A DNA stretch of 46,575 nucleotides, from positions 1 through 46,575 of the forward strand of contig NW_021834690.1 in assembly GCF_006345805.1 (NCBI RefSeq). Direction: 5' to 3'. Made by a program: the position numbers and the translations under genes. Positions 23,824 through 39,906 of this stretch are shown piece by piece (position 1 is the stretch's first letter; every line of letters begins with the position of its first letter). The notes beneath the pieces were generated by a model. The model had not been told where the DNA came from. It did not search any database and saw nothing but the letters and a program-made list of their open reading frames with translations. Origin of the DNA: Octopus sinensis (taxonomy: Eukaryota).

Positions 23824-23881
<58 letters not shown>

Positions 23882-24136
23882 GAGAGAGAGAAGTAACACG
23901 CGACAATTTAGAAGATAAGAGTCAGTGGTGGTCGGGTGGGGGAAGAGACAGACATAGACAGACAGACTGACGCACGGATAGGCAAACGGACAAAGAAAAA
24001 AAAGAAAGAGAGAGAGAGTAATTAGGATAGAATAAACAAGGTTTCGTTGATGTAGACATAGACAACGAGAGAGAAGAAAGAAATGATAAACTGAACGAGA
24101 AAGAAAAGGTGATAAGGAGTGAGAGAGAGGGTGAGA

Positions 24137-24173
<37 letters not shown>

Positions 24174-24377
24174 AAGTGTTAATAGTTGCGACTAGTTCCA
24201 AATATCTGGTTATCCTCCAAGACATGGTATCGTTTCTTTGCTACTTCCATTTCCATTGATATTATACTTGTTTTAATCATTGGACGGCAGTTAGCGAGGC
24301 GCAGAAGGAGGTGGGGGGAGCATCTGGAGGGCTTTAGTCAACTAAATTGACCCGATTATTTATATGTAATAATAAAT

Positions 24378-24628
24378 AAATGCGCCCTTTTAAAGCTTAG
24401 CCAGGCTCATGGGCCTTGTTCCCCGGTTTCTATGGTGTATGTGTTCCCAGCTGGACGGGACGCCACTCCATACCAGCGTTACTCATTTTTGCCAGCTGAG
24501 TGGACTGGAGCAACGTGTAATGAAGTGTTTTGCTCAAGAACACAACACGTCTCCCGGTCAAGGAATCGAAACCACAATCTTACGATCATGATGCTAACGC
24601 CCTAAACACTAAGCCACGCGTATCCACA
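24378..24628 (-). mobile_element. tRNA-derived SINE, family 3
   Basis: Reverse complement head GTGGCTTAGTGTTTAGGG...GGTTTCGATTCC; body TTCTTGAGCAAAACACTT...GGCGTCCCGTCCAG. Confidence 0.7.
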
Positions 24629-25070
24629 TTATTTATATGTGCATATTTTAAAGTCTGGTACTAATTCTATCGGACTCTCCTTTGCCGAACCGCTAAGTTA
24701 CAGAAGCGAACCAATAACGGTCATCAAGAATCGGGGGCAGAGAAATAAACTCAAACACAAACACACACACATACGACAGACTTCCATACAGTTTTCGTCT
24801 ACCAAAGCTGATACTATCTACATACACCCTCGGAAGAGCCCTTCCAGAAGAAAATATAGCCATCAATGGACCTTGTTAAAAGAATGAACTCACAAAACAT
24901 TTGTCTTCCCAGACTGAGTGCAGCAGTAAAGTTGTTGACAAGACTCACAAACACACCAGAACAATGGTTGACAAAATGTTTTGTGCAACTGGATACTAGT
25001 TAGCACAGTGGTTGACAAGCCTTCAGCGCAACTGGTACTTGACAAGACTTACAGCGCAGTAGGACTCAAC

Positions 25071-26058
25071 GCAGTAGGACAGTGGTGGTATGACTCACAG
25101 TGCAGTAAGACAGTGGTGGTATGACTCACAGTGCAGTAGGACAGTGGTGGTATGACTCACAGTGCAGTAGGACATTGGTGGTATGACTCACAGTGCAGTA
25201 AGACAGTGGTGGTATGACTCACAGTGCAGTAAGACAGTGGTGGTATGACTCACAGTGCAGTAAGACAGTGGTGGTATGACTCACAGTGCAGTAAGACAGT
25301 GGTGGTATGACTCACAGTGCAGTAAGACAGTGGTGGTATGGCTCACAGTGCAGTAAGACAGTGGTGGTATGACTCACAGTGCAGTAAGACAGTGGTGGTA
25401 TGACTCACAGTGCAGTAAGGCAGTGGTGGTATGACTCACAGTGCAGTAAGACAGTGGTAGTATGACTCACAGGGCAGTAAGATAGTGGTGGTATGACTCA
25501 CAGAGCAGTAGGACAGTGGTAGTATGACTCACAGGGCAGTAGGACAGTGGTGGTATGACTCACAGGGCAGTAAGACAGTGGTGGTATGACTCACAGAGCA
25601 GTAGGACAGTGGTAGTATGACTCACAGGGCAGTAAGATAGTGGTGGTATGACTCACAGTGCAGTAGGACAGTGGTGGTATGACTCACAGGGCAGTAAGAT
25701 AGTGGTGGTATGACTCACAGAGCAGTAGGACAGTGGTAGTATGACTCACAGGGCAGTAAGACAGTGGTGGTATGACTCACAGTGCAGTAGGACAGTGGTG
25801 GTATGACTCACAGGACAGTAGGACAGTGGTGGTATGACTCACAGTGCAGTAGGACAGTGGTGGTGTGACTCACAACGCAGTAGGTCAGTGGTAGTATGAC
25901 TCACAGGACAGTCGGATAGTGGTGGTATGACTCACAGCGCAGTAGGACAGTGGTGGTATGACTCACAGAGCAGTAGGACAGTGGTGGTATGACTCACAGC
26001 GCAGTAGGACATGGTGGTGTGACTCACAACGCAGTAGGACTGGTAGTATGATTCACAG
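25071..26058 (+). repeat. 31-bp minisatellite, about 32 units
   Basis: Consensus ACAGTGGTGGTATGACTCACAGTGCAGTAAG; period 31 (for example 25081 and 25112). Confidence 0.95.
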
Positions 26059-26067
26059 GGCACGCAT

Positions 26068-26098
<31 letters not shown>

Positions 26099-26408
26099 CA
26101 AATGCACACGTACACACACACAAATACACACGTACACACACGCACACAGACCTCGAGGCATTCCACCTGCCAAATTCACTCACAAGGTGAAGGTCGACAC
26201 TTCTCTAGTTGAAGACACTTGCCCGAAGTACCGGTGCAGTGGGATTGAACCCAAAACCTCATGCTGCAAATCGAGCTTCATAACCACTCAGCCATACTTC
26301 GGTCTGCACTTTACACTGTATGTCAGGAGCCAACAGCTGTTCCGAGATCTACTGTGAAGTTAGTAAGGGGCCAAAAGGTAACCGGTTTACATGTCGGAGG
26401 AAGAGGGT

Positions 26409-26510
26409 CTGCTAACAAAGGGGGTTTACACTCTAGGTCAGTGGTTCCCAAAGTGGGCAGTACTGCCCTCTTGGGGGCGGTGGAAAGATCCGGGTGGCGG
26501 GGTCGTTGAA
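26409..26510 (+). mobile_element. Possible hAT (Charlie-type) MITE terminus
   Basis: CAGTGGTTCCCAAAGTGGG; similar ends on the minus strand near 30138 and 38967. No matching partner TIR found. Confidence 0.4.
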
Positions 26511-26577
26511 GAAAAGTGGGATAATAATAGGGTAGCCAAAATGGGGTGATAAATGTAAAAAAAATATTAATAGATTG

Positions 26578-29965
<3,388 letters not shown>

Positions 29966-30293
29966 GTAAAAGAGAGAGAGAGAGAGATTAATTAGGTTTA
30001 AGTTTTATTTGTGAAATACAGTTGTTTGAACTTGCTGCAGAAAGTGGTCTATATCAGTGGTGGGGAGGGTGAGGGGGCGCTAGGAATGTGGCCTGGGTGC
30101 CAAGGGGGCGGCAGCCTGGTAAAGTTTGGGAGCTACTGCACTAGGTTATATTCTGTTTCATCGCATGCGTCGGGTCGGCCAGCATTGACCCCGGGGAGAT
30201 GTAAGCATTGCATGCAGGCAGACATTAGCAACATACATATTTGTATTACCGCCAGGTGTCCCACAATCATCACCGATTGGTCAGTCTGTATTA

Positions 30294-30527
30294 AGGCGGC
30301 GAGCTGGCAGAACTGTTAGCACGCCGGGCGAAATGCTTTGCAGTATTTCGTCCGGCGCTGCATTCTGAGTTCAAATTCCGCCGAGGTCGACTTTGCCTTT
30401 CATCCTTTCGGGGTCGAGAAATTAAGTACCAGTTACGCACTAGGGTCGATGTATCCGACTTAATCCGTTTGTCTGTCCTTGTTTGTCCCCTCTGTGTTTA
30501 GCCCCTTGTGGGCAATAAAGAAATAGA
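30294..30527 (+). mobile_element. tRNA-derived SINE, family 2
   Basis: Head GGCGGCGAGCTGGCAGAA...GAGTTCAAATTCCGCC; body GTCGACTTTGCCTTTCATCCTTTCGGGGTCGA. Confidence 0.85.
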
Positions 30528-31205
30528 TTGGTCAGTCTGTATTGTGGGTGATAAGATGATGTTGATGATGATGATGATGGTGTCTCTAGGGTCGTATGAG
30601 TGAGTGAATGACGATGTAGATACATTAATACACATACACACGCGCGCACACAAGCACAAATACATATACACGCACACACACAAGTACACACACACACACG
30701 TGCACATGCATACATACATAAATACATACATACATACATACATACATACATACACATCCACTAAGATACATATACATTGACACACTGTTTCTTACACACG
30801 CATTCGCTAACTCGTAGACTCACTCACACACATCCCCCAATACGATGACACACGCACACGCATACACATTCGCACACATATACACATTCCCACACACACA
30901 TGCGCACTATCACTCTCTCTCTGTTTCTCTCTCCTTTTCTCTCTCTCTTTCTCTCTATGTCTATCTCCTTTTCTCTCTCCCTCTCCCGCCTCTCTCTCTC
31001 TCGTACACACACATACACATTCATACATATGTATGTTTATATGTGTGTGTATGGGGGTGTCTGTGGAAGCGTTTGTGCGTATGTGCGTTTATGTATGTGT
31101 GTGTGCGTGTATGGCGGTGTTTGTAGAAGTCTTTGTGTGTATGTGTCCTTATAAAAGTGTATGTACAAGAGTTTGTGCCTACATATGCATGCATGTGTTC
31201 GTGCG

Positions 31206-31278
<73 letters not shown>

Positions 31279-31446
31279 ATATGTATGTGTGTGTGTGTGT
31301 GATTCGTGCGTGTGTAAAACCTTGTTTTCTTAGTTCTGTCTGAATAAGTCGTAAGTCACCCCGAAGTAGCGTCTGACACACATTGCTAAAACTAAGAGAA
31401 CAATAACAGATTATTCTCTAGAAACGGTGTGACCACCACCACAGAA

Positions 31447-31497
<51 letters not shown>

Positions 31498-31716
31498 GAT
31501 GGGGTGACAGACAGACGGACAGGCAAACAAAGGTAGAGAGCGGGGTGAAGAGAGAAAGAAATACAATCTGTTTATCACAAGGAAAACAAGATATCTTCGA
31601 CTTGATAATAGACAACTATGAGGTGGAGATCACACACACACACACACACAAACACTTGCACATACACATGCATACACATATATACACACTGACATATACA
31701 TACATATATGTATGTA

Positions 31717-33175
31717 TTGGATCATCCTATATGTAATGCGGTTTTTTATACTTCTTTTATTTTTCAAAATTAAGATAAAGTTCTTTTTTAATCTTAAATA
31801 TACCATAAATCCTCAAGTATAATCCGCATTTTCCCCCAAAATTTAAAGATCAAAATCCCTAGTGCGTACTATTTACGAGGTTTAAAATGAAAAATATTTT
31901 CTAAGCAATGACCGAGTCTACTTGCTGTCCGGCAATGTTTATTCAGACACAATTTGTGATGTCGGGCGCGAAAATACCTTAAGCTAAGCCTGAAAGCAAT
32001 GAAGTCAATAAAGAATCATCCATAACTTGCAGTAAGCAACATTTATTAAAATAAAATTATTCAGAACACAGAATAACATGTAGGAAAAACAATTTGCAAA
32101 CATATTTACATTCCCATATAACAGTTAAAAACATCACCATTATTGCATAACGCATGCGTGGAAGTGTTTGTTCGACTAGATGCTGCTGGCTTAATTACGC
32201 ACGACTTAAGTTAGAGAAGGAGTGCGTATTATACACAAGGTTTAGATTTTTCAGAAGTACAGTCCCCTAAAAATCCCCTGCGTATTATACTCAAGGGCGG
32301 ACTATACTCGAGGATTTACGGTACTCTGTTTCATTCCCTACAATGCTCTTCGGTCTAGTTGGTAGACTTGCAAGGCCCCTCTTCCAAAATTCACTTGTCT
32401 GTGACGAAAAATACTCCTCCAGTACTGTTCTGACATTCTCTTCAAAATTCATATTTTTTCCATCCAAATAGTTTTGAAGACTTCGGAATAAATGATAATC
32501 AGCTGGGGCAATGTCCGGCAAATATGGTGGGTGGGGCATCGTTTCCCATTCAAACTGCTCCAGCTTTTGGAATGTCATCCTCGCTGTGTGTGGCTGAGCA
32601 TTAACCAAAGATGGTCGTTTTTTCTTATAGCGCTGACTTAAGCCACTCAAGCTGCTTTGTTATTGTTATTGTTTGGTTTGGGTTTAAAAGTTCAAAGTGG
32701 ACTACAACACCTTAAGTGGGTGAAGACCTTCTTTAGCCTAAGGTGCCGGTGTTTCTCCTTTCCCTACCAACTGTCTTCGGCGCTTGACATTTTTATAGAG
32801 AACTCATTTCTCGTCACTACTCACCATTCAGTCCAAAACAGGTTTATTCTTGAGACGTTACAGCAAAGGAGAGAGAGCACGCGTTCACTTTCTGCGTGCG
32901 AGTAGACACAATTTGCTGACTTTTCCGATGGCACGCTGGTGTCGGTGAATGGTTGAATGCCGAAATCCAAGCTTCCCTTGTAGATCCCCATCAGTTACGA
33001 TGAGATTTTGTTCCACTAGGTTTTGTAGGATGTCCTCGTCGAGCTCTACAGATCTTCCAGGACGAGGCTCGTCTCCTAGGTTGTAGTTTCCGGTTCGGAA
33101 TTTCTGGAACCATCGTTGACACTGGCTTACGCTTATTATCCGATCCACATATATTGCATTAATATATATTATCAG
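31717..33175 (-). mobile_element. Decayed mariner transposon with nested MITE
   Basis: HTH region QCQRWFQKFRTGNYNLGDEPRPGRS, SDEK and PHPPYLPDIAPADYHLFRSLQN. Mariner-type TIR TTGGATCATCCTATATGTAATGCGGTTTTT after TA at 31715-31716. Confidence 0.85.
31803..32321. mobile_element. Tc1/mariner-superfamily MITE with TA TSD
   Basis: TIRs CCATAAATCCTCAAGTATAATCCGC and GCGGACTATACTCGAGGATTTACGG. TA at 31801-31802 and 32322-32323. Confidence 0.85.
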
Positions 33176-33224
33176 CCATTGAAAAGAACAACCTCGGATT
33201 TTACCACGCCCTACACACACACAC

Positions 33225-33302
<78 letters not shown>

Positions 33303-33809
33303 GTAAATGAGTGGACAAATGAAAAGGAAGGCACTCAACACATTTAGTTGTAGTTGCATGTATAATCTAAAACAATTTGATTCGGTTCCATGCAACTTAA
33401 ATTTTCGCAGGCTTCTTACGGCAACCTAGTTCATTCATAAATAACAATATACATACAGACATATAAATATAACAAAAATGCGTACGAAGAAAATCACATC
33501 GTTAATTGTAGAATTCACCTCACGAAGCCAATAATCGTTTCTGTTGTATTAACATATTTAGATACAGACAATATGATTGAAATTAATATTTCCGAAAATA
33601 TAGCATTTTCAAGGCAAATCAAAATTACTAGATATATTATTAATAGTTATCGCCAAGCTAACATGGCAGTCCAGGGAAATAGGACGAATGCTACCGTTGA
33701 TTAGCTCCAAGAATCCATCGCCTCTAGCTAGCTATGTGACACACAAACCTGTGTCCATTATAACCTTCGAACAGGGGAGGTCAGCAGCTTCCCCTTGCTG
33801 GTTCGGCAC

Positions 33810-33850
33810 CCACAGACTAGTTTCGAAGTAGTTGCCTCTTATCAATGTGG
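33810..33850 (-). ncRNA. Type I hammerhead, U3-A8 core variant, apparently intact
   Basis: CCACA UUGAUAA GAGG-CAACUA-CUUC GAAAC UA GUC UGUGG: 5-bp stem I, 4-bp stem II, palindromic ACUAGU stem III, GUC site. Confidence 0.78.
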
Positions 33851-34107
33851 AATAGCCGACCCCAGCAGGCGTCGCTGCTGACCGACTTGGAGCTAATCAA
33901 CGGCAGCATTCGTCCTATTTTCCTGGACTGCCATGTTAGCCTGGCGATAACTATTAATATCCAGTACTGCTGCCGTAGTCTCCTTTAGAGCGAATTAGAA
34001 ATAATCATATTTCTATTTTTGAAAACCAGTGGATGTATTCCACTGAATTTAGCTAAACAATACTTCGAACAGTCAGTCAGCAGCGAAGTCTGATGAGTTC
34101 GGCTACT

Positions 34108-34148
34108 CCACATTGATAAGAGGCAACAACCTCGAAACTAGCCTGTGG
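34108..34148 (+). ncRNA. U3-A8 hammerhead, cleavage triplet mutated to GCC
   Basis: CCACA UUGAUAA GAGG-CAACAA-CCUC GAAAC UA GCC UGUGG. Confidence 0.65.
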
Positions 34149-34552
34149 TGCCAAACCAGCATGGGGAAACTGCTGACCTCCCCTGTTCGAAGGTTATAAT
34201 GCACACAGGTTCGTGTGTCACATAGCTAGTTAGAGGCGATGGCTTCTTGGAGCTAATCAACGGCAGCATTCGTCCTATTTTCCTGGACTGCCGCTTTAGC
34301 TTGACGATAACTATTAATATACAGTACCACTGCCGTAGTCTCCTTTAGAGAGAATTAGAAATAATGATATTTCTAAGTATATATATGTTCTTTTATTCTT
34401 TAACTTGTTTCCGTTATTTTGCTACGGCCATACTGGAGCGTGCTTATCAGTGTGTTTTGTAGAAGCGCTAAGTTATGAGGGACGTAAGCATAGCAGCACT
34501 GGTTGTGAAGAGGCAGGAGAATAAACACACACACGCATGTACATACACACAC

Positions 34553-34647
<95 letters not shown>

Positions 34648-34897
34648 CAGGCTTCCATGCATTTGCCCAAGATGCTGCGCAGCTGGACTGAATCTCATTC
34701 GACGTAGTTGCAAATCAAATTTCTTAACTATGCACCCATCTATATGAACGTTTAAAATATGTATAATACGTGTCTATAATTATAAGCAATTAAAAAAAAA
34801 TCATAGCATATGTATATATATAGGTACATACATCGTACATACATAGTAATGCTATATATATGCATATATATATGCATATATATATATATATATATAT

Positions 34898-34949
<52 letters not shown>

Positions 34950-34954
34950 TTGGT

Positions 34955-35130
34955 TGGCGATTATTTTCCTCTGTCTTCCCTTCAGGATCTTTCCTTCTCC
35001 TATGTTTCCGACGAAGAGCTCCGCTCGAAACGTTAAACCCTCCTTCTTCCCTTTTTCCTGAGCGTCCAATAATACTATATTTGTTCCACGTCCTCGCGTT
35101 GTTGTTTTTTTTTTGTGTTTTCTTGTTTGG
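34955..35130 (+). mobile_element. Short pLTR-like unit with minimal hammerhead variant (35004-35038), in (TA)n
   Basis: GUUU CCGACGA A GAGC-UCC-GCUC GAAAC GUU AAAC; stems I and II fully paired. Confidence 0.68.
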
Positions 35131-35274
35131 ATTAACTATATATATATATATAATTATATAGTATATATATGTGTGTGTGGTGTGTGTGTGTGTTGTGTGT
35201 GGTGTGTGTGTTGTGTGTGTGTGTGTGTGTGTGTATGTGTGTGTGTGTGTGTGTGTATGTGAGTATATATGTAT

Positions 35275-35763
35275 AGGTGCAGGAGTGGCTGTGTGGTAAA
35301 AAGCTTGCTTCCCAACCATTTGGTTCAGGTTCAATCCTACTACGAGGCATCTTGGACTAGTGTTTTCTACGATAGCCTCGGCCGACCAAAACCTTGTGAG
35401 TGGATTTGAAACTGAAATAAGCCCGTCATATATATATATTGTGTGGTGGTGAGGGTGGGGGTTTGTGTGTCCATGTTCCTCCCCACCACCATCACTTGAC
35501 CACCAATGTTGGTGTAAACGTCCTCGTAAATTGCGGTTTGGCAAAAGAGACCGATAGAATAAGTACTAGGCTTACAAAGAATATGTCCGGGGGGTCGATT
35601 TGTTTGATTAAAGGCGGTGCTCTAGCATGGGCGCATCAAATGACTAAAACAAGAAAAAGACTAAAAGAATATATATATATATATATATATGTGTAGATAC
35701 CACACACACACACACACACACACACATTATATATACACGCACACATATATATACATATATATA

Positions 35764-35802
<39 letters not shown>

Positions 35803-35831
35803 TGGTGTGTGTGTTGTGTGTGTGTGTGTGT

Positions 35832-35869
<38 letters not shown>

Positions 35870-36285
35870 ATGTATATATGTATAGGTGCAGGAGTGGCTG
35901 TGTGGTAAAAAGCTTGCTTCCCAACCATTTGGTTCCAGGTTCAATCCTACTACGAGGCATCTTGGACTAGTGTTTTCTACGATAGCCTCGGGCCGACCAA
36001 AACCTTGTGAGTGGATTTGAAACTGAAATAAGCCCGTCATATATATATATGTGTGTGGTGTGAGGGTGGGGGTGTTTGTGTGTCCATGTTCCCCCCCCCA
36101 CCATCACTTGACAACCAATGTTGGTGTATTAACGTCCTCGTAAATTGCGGTTCGGCAAAAGAGACCGATAGAATAAGTACTAGGCTTACAAAGAATATGT
36201 CCGTGGGGTCGATTTGTTCGATTAAAGGCGGTGCTCTAGCATGGGCGCATCAAATGACTAAAACAAGAAAAAGACTAAAAGAATA
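35275..36285 (+). mobile_element. Two tandem SINE family 1 copies (local duplication, ~610-bp period)
   Basis: Both share private variants such as ATCCTACTACGAGGCATCTTGGACTAG and GCGCATCAAATGACTAAAAC. Confidence 0.85.
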
Positions 36286-36404
36286 TATATATATATATAT
36301 ATATGTGTAGATACACACACCCACACACACACACACACACACAACACACTATATATATATATAATATATACATACACACATATATATAATACATATATAT
36401 ATAT

Positions 36405-36448
<44 letters not shown>

Positions 36449-37139
36449 TAATATGTATACATGTTCTTGTATACGCAAACACACAAGCATATACACAAAC
36501 ACACACACATATATACTCCCACAAGTACATAGGCATACAAATATGTATAATAAACAAAATTCTCTTTTCCAATTAACAATACCGCCATCTAATTACTGTT
36601 TGCGAGACATCTGATATAACAACATCTCCGGTTAACTTAATATGTGAACATCTGTGGACATGAGTCAAATATTTGAAACACGAGGATGGAATCCTAAATT
36701 TTAAACTCTTAACTTTGATAGAAATCTAATGGAACTACAAATGCCTATTGTCTCGTTCCCCATCGCTCTCTCTCTCCCCATCTCTCTCTCTTCTTTTATG
36801 TATGTATGTAAGTGTGTATATGTTTGCAAGAATATACGTATGCGTGTATGTATGTATATTTATGTATGTATGTATATAAGTGTATTTGTATATCTATATT
36901 ATATTATACTTATATACAAGCACTCTAAATACATGCGCGCACACACACTTACACAAACACACACACACACACACACATTCACAAACACGTGTATATATGT
37001 ATGCTTATATTATATATATATGTATACATACGCACACACACATACACTTATATATATACATATATATATATATATATAATATATATATATATTATATATA
37101 TATATATATATTATATATTTATTTCACATATATATTTAT

Positions 37140-37237
<98 letters not shown>

Positions 37238-37238
<1 letters not shown>

Positions 37239-37466
37239 GGGCGATACTGGTAGAAACGTTAGCACGCCGGGCGAAATTCGTAGCCGTATTTCGTCTGTCG
37301 TTACGTTCCGAGTTCAAATTCCGCCGAGGTCGACTTTGCCTTTCATCCTTTCAGGGTCGATAAATTAAGTACCAATTACGCACTGGGGTCGATGTAGTCG
37401 ACTTAATCCCTTTGTCTGTCCTTGTTTGTCCCCTCTGTGTTTAGCCCCTTGTGGGTAGTAAAGAAA
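37238..37466 (+). mobile_element. SINE family 2 copy
   Basis: Family 2 head and body motifs. Confidence 0.85.
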
Positions 37467-37904
37467 TATATATATATATATACATAGAAAGAGAGACGCG
37501 TGTGTGTAATGTCGGTGTGTATGTGTGTGTATATGTGTGTGTGTGCGTGCGTGTGTATGGGTGTATGTGCGTTTGTGTGCGAGTGTGTGCGCGCGTGCGT
37601 TTGTGTGTATTTGGATGTGTGTTTGAGCGTATTTGTGTGTGTGTGTGTGTGTGTGGTCAGGCATCCAGAGACAAAGGCGATTAACAAGTGTTGAAAAGCA
37701 GTGGCTGTTTTCTTTCGGCATTTTTATATTTATTTAGCGAACCGTTGATGTTTTCGCTGATAAAGTTATGCTGCAATTACACTGCTTCAATCTGATTCAG
37801 CAAACGGATAAAAAAATTCTTGCCTTGACCTACATTTGCAACAGAAAATAATAAAAATAAGCGGAACAATAACAATAATAATAATCTTTTTTTCTCTACG
37901 AACA

Positions 37905-38860
37905 AGGCACGAAATTTTTGGGGAGGTGGAGGCAGTCGATTAAATCAACCCCAGTACGCAACCGGTTCTTGATTTATCGACCACTAAAGGATGAAAGGCA
38001 AAGTTTACCTCGGCGGAATTTGAACTCAGAACGTAGTTGGCAGATGAAATACCTATTTCTTTACTACCCACAAGGGGCTAAACACAGAAGGGACAAACAA
38101 GGACAGACAAACGGATTAAGTCGATTATATCGACCCCAGTGTGTAACTGGTACATATTTAATCGACCTCGAAAGGATGAAAGGAAATGTCGACTTTGGCG
38201 GAATTTGAACTCAGAACGTAGCGGCAGATGAAATGCCTATTTCTATTTCTTTACTACCCACAGAGAGAACAACAAGAACAGATAAACGGATTAAGTCGAT
38301 CATATCGACCCCAGTGCGTAACTGGTACTTATTTAATCGACCCCGAAGGATGAAAGGCAAAGTCGACCTCGGCGGAATTTGAACTTAGAACGTAGTGGCA
38401 GATTAAATAAGTACCAGTTACGCACTGGGGTCGATATAATCGACTTAATCCGTTTGTTTGTCTTTGCTTATCCTCTCTGTATTTAGTCCCTTGTGGGTAG
38501 TAAAGAAATGGTTATTTCGTTCTGAGTTCAAATCCGCTGGAGTCGACTTTGCCTTTCATCCTTTAGTGGTCGATAAATTAAGTACCAGTTACGCACTGGG
38601 GTCGATGTTATCGACTTAATACCTTTGTCTGTCCTTGTTTGTCCCCTCTCTGTTTAGCTCCTTGTGGGGAATAAAGAAATAAGAATCGTTAGCACGCCGG
38701 GAAAAATGCTTTGCGTCATTTCGTCCGTCTTTACGCTCTGAGTTCAAATGTCACCGAGGTCGATGGAAATCCATTCTGGTTGGTAAAATAGGTACCAGTT
38801 GAATACTGGGGTCGATATAATCGACTTACTCCTCCCTCCGAAATTGCTGGCCTTGTGCAT
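37905..38860. mobile_element. Cluster of about 6 SINE family 2 bodies: three minus-strand then three plus-strand
   Basis: Repeated ~180-bp bodies with an orientation switch near 38403. Confidence 0.8.
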
Positions 38861-39519
38861 AGAAGTATAGAAGTATAAACAATTTTGTAGATAAATTTTA
38901 ACAGCAAAATCTTATACGGACCATGAAGGGTCATATGACCCCTGGTTGAAAACCATTGGCTTAGAGTAATAGGTTTTTTATATCTTAAAAATAGTGTTTT
39001 TTCGTGAAGGTTTTTCAGCTTTCTGAGTGTGAAAGCTGTTAAAAAATACTAGCTAACTAATGAGACCACCAGCTATACGTGTTCGTGTTAGCGTGACTCT
39101 CAGTCAAGAAGAAGCGTCAACGCCGTCTCTGCATGTGTTTATACTTATTGAAAGAGAAGTATTCAACTCCGTGAATGCTTGTATCTATATAGAAAAATCT
39201 AACGCTTCACTGAGCAACTATTTAACAAGCATCATAAAATATACCGTAACAAAAGGCTTTCAAATATTTAATATTTGCTCGTTGAAATTGTTATATAGCT
39301 ATGGCTTCTATTTATTTAGAGCGTATCCACAATACCCGGTCGCTTTCTATGTAACTTATTGCAGTATTTAATGCGTTTCGCTCACATAATCAAATTTGCT
39401 TGTCACTTTTCATTTCATAACTCGTATCTACTCTTGCTTTCATTTTATTTCATAGAAGTAAATGTTTTATTTTATTTTATTTTTTTATATACCTGTAGGC
39501 ATGGGTATTGCTGCAGATA

Positions 39520-39905
39520 TTGCCGTGTGGTTAGAAAGCTCACTTTGCAACCACATGGTTTCGGGTTCATTCCCACTGCGCTGCACCTTTGGAAAAGTCT
39601 TCTATTATAACCTCAGGTCGACCGAAACCAATACTTTGCGAGTGAATTCGGTAGATAGAAACTATATAAAGGCGGCGAACTGGCAGAATCGTTAGCACGC
39701 CGGGCGAAATGCTTAGCGGTATTTCGTCTGCCGCTACGTTCTGAGTTCAAATTCCGCCGAGATTGACTTTGCCTTTCATCCTTTCGGGGTCGATTAAATA
39801 AGTACCAGTTACGCACTGGGGTCGATATAATCGACTTAATACGTTTGTCTGTCCTTGTTTGTCCTTTCTGTGTTTAGCCCCTTGTGGGTAGTAAAGAAAC
39901 AGGTA
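39520..39905 (+). mobile_element. SINE family 1 5' fragment followed by a SINE family 2 copy (39669-39905)
   Basis: Family motifs as above. Confidence 0.75.
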
Positions 39906-39906
39906 T

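Larger units (their letters stand above)
33640..34377. mobile_element. Second retrozyme-like insertion: inverted partial (33640-33886) plus about 1.4 direct copies of a ~360-bp unit
   Basis: TTGGAGCTAATCAACGGCAGC at 33887 and 34247 (period 360); the left block is the reverse complement. No ORF. Confidence 0.75.

Noticed and set aside
25071-26058. CRISPR-like regular repeats
   Set aside because: Units are contiguous with no unique spacers, there are no cas genes, and the context is eukaryotic.
30294-30385. tRNA genes at SINE heads
   Set aside because: A/B-box-like motifs run straight into SINE bodies and no complete cloverleaf is evident.
34090-34096. CTGATGA just upstream of the U3-A8 ribozyme
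   Set aside because: No stem I or II pairing with the downstream GAAA, and the inverted copy reads CTGCTGG here. The well-paired core is TTGATAA at 34113-34119.
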